Source: Tetramitus jugosus (taxonomy: Eukaryota > Protista > Heterolobosea). Taken from it: a DNA stretch of 64,000 bases. The DNA is taken from NCBI GenBank assembly GCA_937625935.1, contig OW569359.1, positions 1 through 64,000 on the forward strand, written 5' to 3'. Position 1 is the first letter of the stretch. Every line of letters starts with the position of its first letter. The notes below the pieces were generated by a model. That model did not search any database. It was not told the DNA's origin and saw nothing but the letters and a program-made list of their open reading frames with translations. Positions 1-10,100 of this stretch are shown in pieces. A program made the translations under genes and the position numbers.

Positions 1-866
1 CCAAACCCAAACCCAAACCCAAACCCAAACCCAAACCCAAACCCAAACCCAAACCCAAACCCAAACCCAAACCCACCCAACCCAAACCCAAACCCAAACC
101 CAAACCCAAACCCAAACCCAAACCCAAACCCAAACCCAAACCCAAACCCAAACCCAAACCCAAACCCAAACCCAAACCCAAACCCAAACCCAAACCCAAA
201 CCCAAACCCAAACCCAAACCCAAACCCAAACCCAAACCCAAACCCAAACCCAAACCCAAACCCAAACCCAAACCCAAACCCAAACCCAAACCCAAACCCA
301 AACCCAAACCCAAACCCAAACCCAAACCCAAACCCAAACCCAAACCCAAACCCAAACCCAAACCCAAACCCAAACCCAAACCCAAACCCAAACCCAAACC
401 CAAACCCAAACCCAAACCCAAACCCAAACCCAAACCCAAACCCAAACCCAAACCCAAACCCAAACCCAAACCCAAACCCAAACCCAAACCCAAACCCAAA
501 CCCAAACCCAAACCCAAACCCAAACCCAAACCCAAACCCAAACCCAAACCCAAACCCAAACCCAAACCCAAACCCAAACCCAAACCCAAACCCAAACCCA
601 AACCCAAACCCAAACCCAAACCCAAACCCAAACCCAAACCCAAACCCAAACCCAAACCCAAACCCAAACCCAAACCCAAACCCAAACCCAAACCCAAACC
701 CAAACCCAAACCCAAACCCAAACCCAAACCCAAACCCAAACCCAAACCCAAACCCAAACCCAAACCCAAACCCAAACCCAAACCCAAACCCAAACCCAAA
801 CCCAAACCCAAACCCAAACCCAAACCCAAACCCAAACCCAAACCCAAACCCAAACCCAAACCCAAA
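1..866. repeat. Telomeric array (CCCAAA)n = (TTTGGG)n, ~144 units
   Basis: Near-perfect hexamer array from base 1, C-rich strand 5'-terminal as expected for a left chromosome end; two short variant units near 72-80. Confidence 0.98.
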
Positions 867-1722
867 TTTACTTTCTTTTCAAAAATCTAAAATTTCATCC
901 AAATTCAAAATAGAATCGATAAATCATCTAAAATCTGATAAAACAAGATAAATAGAAGTTAAAATCACTCAGTCCATTTCTACCCCCATCTTTTGACATT
1001 CCCTCCTGAGGTTTTGTTGAAAACAAAAATCTTCTCATCACAAGCTCAACAGCTGGAAAGATTAGAAGCAATTAAGTGAGTCGATACACGATTTATGAGT
1101 AATCATTTCTTTTTCACTTCAGTTATGACGGGTTGGGTTTGGGTATTCAACTCTGCACTCAACAAAATACAAAATTGGGATTCTCATTCTATCAGAGTTA
1201 ATATCTCTCAGAAAAACCATATTTCCCAGCATTTTCAGTCTATTACCTTGGTAAAACTGAATTGTCATTCAGAAAACGCTAGTACTCTGTATTTCTGATG
1301 GATTGCGTCTGGCGTTTCTTCTCTAAACACGATTCAAATTGGAAACTTCACTATTTAACTGTCTTACAGAATTTCATATCGAAAAGTCTCGGAACAGATA
1401 AAATATCTGATTCTACCGTGATTGTTTGATAAAAACTGTCGATTCTATTCAGAGAAACGCAAAATCAAGTCAGTCAAAATTTCAGAAAAAATAAGTCATA
1501 AGACATCAAGTCAAAAAGTATAGTTAGTAAGAAATCATGTTAAAAATGATCAAATAATCTTCCAATACTCTGATCCAAAACAAAGAAATCATGTCTCATT
1601 CATACGTCTTACCCCCAGTACAGAGTCAAAGTCGTCTAAAATCTGTTGCCGTTTTAACACTGTTGCCGATAAAAATCTGTTAAATACAGCACAGATATAT
1701 CGGCTCTACGAGCCGATAAAGC

Positions 1723-2340
1723 TCAAATCGAGTTGAAAACCACCGTAATCTCTTCATCTAAGCTAGCTGAACCTCCCAGAGCAATAAAAAATCTCAAAAA
1801 AAAATTACCATATAAGGAAATCGTTTCCTTAGGTTGGGGAATCCTGGATGTATCCCCAACTCCAACCCCAACCCCCACCTCGTCATTTTCATCACCAGTA
1901 TGGCATATAAAGTCATATATAGTTGAATTGCAACTAAATTTAATCAGGTCAGTTTGATGAATATCACAAACACATCTAGATTTATTGACCGGTCTATTTA
2001 ATGATGTTAGTTGGAATTTGACGAAAAAGAAAAATGTTGCTACATTCCTTGCAATACTACAACCCTCAGTTGGACACTCTTTGGCCCCAATGCATCTTGC
2101 CTGTCTCTTTGTCCAAACTTTTCCCAACCAAACAAATTTGGAATCAGTATACTTGCCTAAGCTAAACTGAATTGCATCATACAATGGCCTTGATTGTAGC
2201 TGAATCTCTTCTGGCAATCTGACTCTCTTGTAGACCTTAAAACTGATATAGATGTTGTGAATGCTTTCGACAATTACATGACTGTTGATGTTGTTGAGTA
2301 GAGGTCTAATGTTGTTGTACTTTCCCCTCGTTCGTTTCAT
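1723..2340 (-). pseudogene. GCM/WRKY-superfamily-like Zn-binding domain ORF, probable transposon-derived remnant
   Basis: W..R..CIGAKEC...C...RP...C..H...L....C pattern after removing a 54-nt intron-like insert (1994-2047, with CTAAC branch and AG end but a GA donor); C-terminus degenerate. Confidence 0.4.
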
Positions 2341-2393
2341 GTCTTTTTGTTTTTCTTTTTTTTGGGTTGACTGAAGCTTTTGGTTGACTGTGC

Positions 2394-2468
2394 TGTAGCG
2401 TCTAAATCATTTAGACGATTGGCAGTCTAAATATATATTTAGACATCTTCCCCGTCTAAATCTCCGCT
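2394..2468 (+). repeat. Left terminal inverted repeat of the transposon
   Basis: tgtagcgtctaaatcatttagacgattggcagtctaaat...gtctaaatctccgct; reverse complement of 4059-4132 with few mismatches. Confidence 0.92.
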
Positions 2469-2521
2469 GCAGAAATTGGTTGAAGCGGAACTCAACCACA
2501 ACAAAAACAAAAAGCATGTGT

Positions 2522-3995
2522 TTATTGTGGATAAACAATCATCAACTCACTCACATCGAAGCACCCAACATCACCAATCGAATATTTGTCAGCATAGACA
2601 TGGTCAGCAGAACAGAATGCAATGACTCTCCATACAACTCTTATTCTCCAAAATCCAACGTTCTAATGTGCCACAAGCAGCATATCTACGTAAGCATCCA
2701 AACTGTATTCCTCAATTCAAAGTAGATGATGTAGTGGTAGTCCGTGTTCCAAGCAACTATCGAAGTAGCACATCTTACCTGTGGGGGAGAAAAGCTAAAA
2801 TTGTAGCAGAATTAACTGATGCTAATGGGCAAAGTCTGTACAAGTACAAACTGGAATGGCAAGCAACTGGTGGTATCAAATCAATTGTATACACCCTCTT
2901 CACTCTATCCTCAACAGATAATTCATTTGGATTCAGACAGTAGCATATTGACCAAGCTTCTAGTGGTTTCATACCAATGGTACTGTGCACAGCATTAAGA
3001 TATGAATTGACTACAGATTCCACATGACATTTCCATCTGGTTGTTTGATGCAATCTCATTTGTTGGAGCAACGATTTCTTCAAAGTTTGATTCAATCTCT
3101 CAACAAGACCTTGAACCCAAGGAGAATATGCTGGTCCTTCCTTCTTCTTGACTCCATACTTCTGGCACACTTGTAATACAGATGCTGCAATAAATTCACC
3201 ATCATTATCAGATCTCAAATTGATTTCATATTTACAGATACCATCTGTACCAACTTCTGGAAGATTCAATTCATTCTTAAATAAGTTCTCTAGAAACTTC
3301 ACTACTGTCTCTGCCTTCTTGTTCTTAATTGAAACTACCCATGCATACTTTGTCAAGTGATCCACGACCACCAAGAGACCAATCTCTTGTCCATCTTTCT
3401 GAAGAAATGAAAGATCAATGTACAAGTGTTGAGCTGCATGATCTGGAACAACGTAACGAAATGGAGGAGCTGGAACTCGATTGATTGTTCTTCCACTTTG
3501 TGCACAATGGAGACACGAATTAACAACTTCACTTACTTTACGTTGTACACCACCTGCCATCAGAATGAAGCTGGAATGCAGTGCTTGTTGTGTTCTTTTC
3601 TGTCCAACATGCGATCCACCGGAACACACATGGGCTTCTTTGATTGCTGCTACTTCTTCATGATCTCTTGGGATCCAGTACCATTCTACTCCATCAGCAA
3701 CTTTACCAGCATACATAGTTTCAGCATTAAACTTTTCTGCTAACGATTCTACTGCTTTCTCTTGTTCAGTTAATGTATGTGACATACGAAACTCATCTGT
3801 CCATTTATTTACAGCATAATACAATCTTCCAGTCTCTGCAACATATTTGAATCTAGATGGTGCGTTGAGTTTACCATTTTCATAGTACTCTCTTGCTTCA
3901 TTGATTGTTTTTACAGTTGGTGGTTTCTTGTTCTTCCGTCCTTTAGTACCACCTTTACGATTATTAATTGGAACTTCTGTTTCAGTCTCTGACAT
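2522..3995 (-). pseudogene. DDE integrase/transposase (H2C2 Zn finger + rve core + SH3-like C-terminal domain), disrupted by an internal inversion (2620-2887) and one frameshift
   Basis: HVCSGGSH...CLHC Zn motif; YIDL / SDND-x35-ERLN triad; the C-terminal FKVDDVVVVRVP...YKYKLEW segment is encoded on the opposite strand; an in-frame tail ends at TAA 2522-2524. Confidence 0.85.
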
Positions 3996-4058
3996 TGTTT
4001 GGATTGTGGTGTAACGATCATGAGTTCTGTAACGACCCTGAAGTTTTGAAACTTTACA

Positions 4059-4132
4059 AGCGGAGATTTAGACAAGGAAGTTTCTAAATCGACATTTAGA
4101 CGGCTATCGTCTAAATACATTTAGACGCTACA
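4059..4132 (-). repeat. Right terminal inverted repeat of the transposon
   Basis: agcggagatttagac...atttagacgctaca. Confidence 0.92.
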
Positions 4133-4482
4133 TGTGCTGCGCAAAAAATTTATGTCCAAGGAATGACATGAAAATTCTATGTTCAAGTTTTTACAGGAAC
4201 CAGTTTGTTCTTTTATGTCAAACACCACGCACCCCCCATGTTAAGACAAACCATCTCCGTCAAAATAGAAGCATCAAAATTTAAACAAATTGATCTCCGT
4301 TTAAACTAGTGCACATACTCACATTCTTCAAACAAACATAAAAAAGGTAAGTGGAGAAATGGAACAAATGAAGCAAAAGGAGATTGACATGAAATGGGCG
4401 ATGTTACCTTCCTCAAATCAATCTTACCATAAAAAATATGACACATGACACGAGTAAAACACATAAAACAAAAAAACGTGAA

Positions 4483-6521
4483 ATGAAACAACAGATTATA
4501 TTGTCTGTCTTTGTACTGTTGTTCGTCTTGTTGGTTGAAAAGTTGGAAATGGTCTCCTGCAGACTATGCATCAGAACCAAAGAGAAACTGAAAATGGCTC
4601 CTGAATCTACTTCTCTCCGTGTGGCTGGCGATCTGCAACAAAACAGTTTGCTTCGAGACCCTTTCAGCAAAAATTTTACTCGGCCTGACTTACTCGTCGT
4701 TTTTAACCTTGTTTTGGGTTCTTCGATTGTTCGGTTTGCGACCGACAGGCGAACAACTGAGGAGATTGTTGACTTTCTTCGTTACTCAATTGACTTTCCA
4801 AAAGAACGTTTGTACCTTACATCTTCTGACTCAATTTTGAGAGTGGATTTGGTTCGAACAGGCATTAATGACTACTACATGTTTCTTCTGAGAGATGTGG
4901 ATGATGGAAAAGACACAGTCAAGTTTTGGTGCCATAAAATCTCAGAGGGACATATATCTGAAGAGGGGAGTAAAGATCTTAATATGAATGATAGAGTAGC
5001 TCTCCAGGCTCCACAAATGGGATTAAGATCATCAGAATCCATCTCCCAGTACATCCAGATCGTGAGGTGTGATGAAGGTACTCCTTGTACAACCAATCGT
5101 CTAAATGTGATCAATCTGGCGTGGAACATTACTACTGAACTTGGCCAGAACTTGAAGGTATCTCCAGTGCCCCAGAAGGTTTCGATCTTATCGTATTGGA
5201 CCTGTTTGCCCCCCACGACAACCATACCAACAACGAAACAAATGAGGCCATTCTTTTTACACGTCCACCTGATTCCGCCTATTGTTTGATCATAGTGTAC
5301 GACTTGAATACAAGGAGACTGAATGAGAAGTCTACACTATGTTCCAACAGGTTATCTCAGTTCAGTAGTCATCTGCTGAGTGAAAGTTACAAGTCTATGG
5401 TCAGTATGGGTAATGATAGTTACTTTGCGATTCATTCATCTGTAATAATGGTGGAGTTGAGTGCTGATCCAGAGTACAATAACCTTGCACTGAACAAAAG
5501 TGTTCCGACAAGAGAGACAGTTCTCCACTCCTTTTTGGATCCATTTTCAGAGCACCTGAGAGATAAAGTGTCTTCAGCACTCGTCTATGAGGAAACAAAG
5601 GACAAAGCTTGTTTATTTATACAGTCTCGATCAGACAGGTTGTGGTTACTTAATATTACAGTCGACAGTACTTCTTCTGCTATTCAGAATACTTCTTTTG
5701 GAAAAGAGATAGTGATCGAACCCATTTTTACAAACAATAATTATCAAATGCCGAAGATTGTTCATGAGCCTTTCAGTTTCAAGGGAGAGCCTCGATTGAT
5801 CTATGTGATGTTTCATGCCTCACCTTCGGAATATGTTGAGACCAATGGTATTGTTGCTCTATACACCTTCGATCTTGACCAAGGGTCAGTATCACCCAAG
5901 AGGAGTTTTTTGTTCACGAATATCAGGGCAGCATCCCTCATCTCTCGATTTGTTATACTTTGTAGCGCACGATCGAAAAGAAATACTTACCATTTCAAAA
6001 AGAATTGACTCTGGTGGTGCCATTTGGAAAACAAAGATCGAGGATGCAACAACCAGCGAAGGCACACCAATCAAGCACAACCGACAGGAAACATTGACAT
6101 CTTTTTATTGCTTTCAGGACAAACAATTCGCATTTTTTCTGTCAAGGTAAACAGTTCGGAAACGTTTTGGCTCGCCCGGATCAATGTCGACACAGGTGAT
6201 ATCGAGAGCATGATCGACACCGAACTATCAAAACATCGTGAATTGGCAGTTTTTCCATTTAAAAAAAAATTGTATGTTGTTGGCACACCTCAATACTGTG
6301 CACCTGAAATATTAGCTGGTCAAAATTGTTACACCACCAGTTGTGAGATAGATCAACAAAAACTCAAAAGGTGGTGCAAAAAGTCAGGTTATCACAATTC
6401 TTCTGCTATTCTGAGATACGTAGAACTAATGATTGAGTGCTGGAAAGGACATCCAATGGATCGACCAGAGTTCGTTGACATCCATGAAGTTCTTCAAGGT
6501 ATGTTACGCGACCTCAACTAG
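4483..6521 (+). pseudogene. Receptor protein-kinase pseudogene (signal peptide + ectodomain fused to a kinase C-lobe fragment)
   Basis: Signal peptide MKQQIILSVFVLLFVLLV; frame changes near 5196, 5940 and 6140; GTPQYCAPE (subdomain VIII) and LMIECWKGHPMDRPEF (XI) present, but no TM or subdomains I-VII. Confidence 0.7.
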
Positions 6522-7162
6522 TCAACGTTCTTCCCTAGATAATAAATCAAATTCTATAAGATTTTTTCAACTGGTTTGGTGGATTTAAATTCTTCTCAAC
6601 GTTACTACAACGAATATTTCTTCTGATTCACTCTGACCGTAGTATGATTTTGGGTTTGCTATCGTTGATTATGGGTTCCCAAGGCACACTTCTCCCCAAG
6701 TTTGATTATGATAAGATCTGGACTGTCAAACAAGGTCCGATTGCTTAAAGAGTTTGTGAATTCCTACCAAATGACAAAGGGCTTGATCTGTGACTTTGTA
6801 ACCATACATGGAGAGTGCGCGAATGCCAGTCAAATGACAAAATCACTTCAATGCCTCAGCTTTCTTACATCAAGAGAACCAGAATCATGTATATATAGCC
6901 TCTCAAGCAGAACTTGAATGAATACTGAGAGCATGGATGAAAACTTCTGGTTGATGGCAAAAGTCGAACTCATTTCTCAATCACCCAATTAATAGGATCG
7001 TTATTCGTCGTTCGTTTCGTGATGATCTCCAGAAGAAGGTTCGAATTTTTTAGCGGGATGGTAGCATTTTAATTTGAAAACAATTTCTATCCAATACTAT
7101 TGATCCATACAAGCAAGAAATCTGTCTTTTTCTGGGTCTCACGAGGTTTTATTAACAAGTTC

Positions 7163-10100
7163 TTATGCACCTTCCATGTTCATATTTGTGATAGGAGTCT
7201 TGAAGTCGAGTGCGTCTGGCAGTCCAACTCTGTAAGCAATGTTGTTGTAAGAAACAGCCTGTACATAGAGAGTTGAATAGGAGCTTGATGTATAGGCCCT
7301 GGCAGCGGTACTGACAATATATCTACCTGTACTTGTGTAAATTCTGAGGTTGGTCCAAGATTTGATATTTCCAGAACCGGCAATGAAAGTGAATTTGACA
7401 CTTGGGACAGAGTCTGAGGAAGCATAAAGAGTACCATCACTTGCAATAGTGATATATTTTTGAGTTGCCAAACTCCACAAGTTAAAGTATGAGGATGAAT
7501 AAGTGAGCTTTGTACCGAAGCTACCACAATTGGTAACCTGGAACAAGTTTCCACGGTTATTTGATGGGTTAAAATCGACATCAGTCAACTTAATGGTTGA
7601 AGATGTGTCCTGAACGAACCAATTGTTGGTGCTCTGAGAGATACCAATAATTTGACCACAGTACAATAGAATCTCATTTGTCTCCGTGAAAATCTTGGAA
7701 GGAGTTGATGTATCAACCAAATCACAACTTTGAGATTGAATGGTCTCGACAATTGTGTTCAACTGATTCCAATCAACAGCCAAAGACAAACTTGCATCGT
7801 ATGACAAATCACCAATCAAATCTCTTGCAGACTTGTTGCTCAAGAATGGACCAACACCAATGGACATGATTCTCCAGTATCCAAGAGCATGTCCTGGCTT
7901 TCTACCGTTGATTCTGAGCGATTCTGTGAGCACATCACCACATGGATTACATTTTAGTGGATTTCCTGAGCTGCAGTCTGAACAAGTTCTTGAAGGGTAG
8001 CGAGAACTCTGGCACTTTTCAGCGTTTCCAATATGAGCAGCACTATTACATGCCGAACAACTACAAGGAACATTAGGTTCACCATCAAAGATAGTAATAA
8101 TCATCTTTGGAATTTCAGGTCCTCTCCCTTTCAACAAGATATCCTCAGCTCTCAGTACGGCACTTCTGATGTTCGTGAGGCCTCTTGGCCAATACAAAGA
8201 ATCTATCGCATTATTCACTTGGGTCCTAGAGTTTGATAAGGCCAAATGAGTTGAGACACCACCATTGAATAAAACAATTCCGACTTGAACTTGAGTGTCA
8301 GAACTACCAATATCAAGTGGAGCTACAATATCTCTCACAAATCTGGCCATAGATTGGAAGTTACTGGAACCAACCGAACCAGAACCATCGAGAACAAAAA
8401 CAATGTCAAGTGGTTTCACACAAGTACACTTCTGGAATCTCACGTCAATAATAGCGTATCCCTTTTGGGCATCATCTTGAGCAGATTTAAATTCATATCT
8501 GAAACGTTGTGTTTGACATTCAACTGAAGTTTGACTGAATCTCCAAGTGCCGGATGAGGGATTGGTTGGTTGTGTGTTTCCACAGAAACCAGAACCTGGA
8601 GTACAATCCGCAGAGTTAGTGTAGAACTTGGTGAAGACAAGAGTTCCTCCCAAAGGATCATTGTCATTCAACATAATTTGAGCATCAGTCAAAGAGAAGA
8701 AAGTACCTTCCTTATGATCGACAACGATACTTCTACCAACAGCATTCAGACCTTGAGTAGTAATCACAATATTTACATTCTTTTCGACATAATCTGAATC
8801 AAGGTCAGTAGATCGAACAACAACTTGACAAGTTCCTGATGAGAAGGTGAATGGACGAGTGAAAACAAGTTGTTTGGCAGAGTTAAAGGTAAGAGAGATA
8901 CCATTGGAAACAGGAGTAGATCCTGTCTGACAATTCCAACTTCTAACTGTAAATGTAAGTGCATCACCATCTGGGTCATGGGCATTTGTGACAGATTGAT
9001 AGTCAAGTGAATCAGAATTGGAATCTCTTCTTGCTAACAGGTTCCATGTGTAATCCTTAGAAATAGGAAGTTGACTTGACACTCTAACAGTTAGAGTAGC
9101 AGAACCAGAAGCACCTACTCCATCTTTTCCAACAAAAGGAACAGTATGAGTAACACGTGTGCCAGTTGGAGCCTTGAAAGTAAATGTGCTTCCATCACGA
9201 GTGAGTTGAGATGGAAGAGGATTAGGAGTGGAAATAGTGATTGGATCATTGTTTCCATCATTGCACTGAACAGTAATGCTCTTCGTCTCTCCCTTTGTTA
9301 ACACGAGTTCAGCATCCTGACACACTGGTGCATCGTTTGTGAATTGGATTGTGGCAGTTGCTTTTTCAGAGTTCACAAGACCATCATTGTAAACAAACTC
9401 AACAGTTTGTGGAGAGGTTGAGTATTCTGAAGCAATTGTGATATCAACATCGAACTGAGTACCAGCCTTCTTTTGACCACCTGATACGACTGTCAACGTG
9501 AGAGGGTCTGAATCACCATCGGTAGCAGTAGCGATCATCAATGAATTATCTCCATTCAAAGTGTATCTGCTTACACCGTAGAATCTCTTCAATGAAATAT
9601 TCTTGTCAGAAGCAATCGGAGGAGCATTGGTGAAGGTGAGTTGAATGAGACCAGTTGAAACAGCTTTTCCATCAGTTACATAGTATTTGACATTCAATTT
9701 ACCTGCTGCCTTACTCGTCAAACCAGGTGTCACGGTAATAACTCCTGCGTCGTCGATTGTTACAGAGTCTCCATTGTTTTTGCCATCGAAGTTGTCCAAG
9801 ACAGATAAATTATCCTTGTCCAATAAATCAACATCAGTTGCGTCGGCCTTTGCTGTGTAAGTGAGTGATGAAACATTTTTCCAATGGTATTCACCTGTGT
9901 AAGCCTGGGCAACAGGAGCATTATTATAAACTTCAATTGAACCCACAACAACAATATCTTCAATTCCATCAGTCAGGGTATAAGTTAATTTCTCCTTTCC
10001 CAAAGCACTCGTTGGATTGTACACGATTTTAGATGTACCTGTCGGCGAGGTTACTCTATTACTCGTGATAGTGCCCAAACTTGATGTGATCGACTTGACA

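Larger units (their letters stand above)
2394..4132 (-). mobile_element. Ginger2/TDD-like integrase-encoding DNA transposon, full length, 1739 bp
   Basis: ~75-bp imperfect TIRs starting TGTAGCGTCTAAAT (2394-2468 and 4059-4132); 5-bp TSD TGTGC (2389-2393 and 4133-4137); single retroviral-type integrase gene; no RT or LTR. Confidence 0.92.

Noticed and set aside
72-80. Variant telomere units CCCA and CCCAA
   Set aside because: Homopolymer-length changes near a contig end are most simply read errors
1-866. CRISPR array or ordinary microsatellite
   Set aside because: No spacers; terminal position and strand polarity indicate a telomere
2394-4132. LTR retrotransposon or Polinton
   Set aside because: No gag, RT, LTR or pPolB; TIRs and a 5-bp TSD enclose the integrase alone
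6600-6960. IVDYG kinase-like word and short ORF
   Set aside because: No supporting kinase motifs in frame
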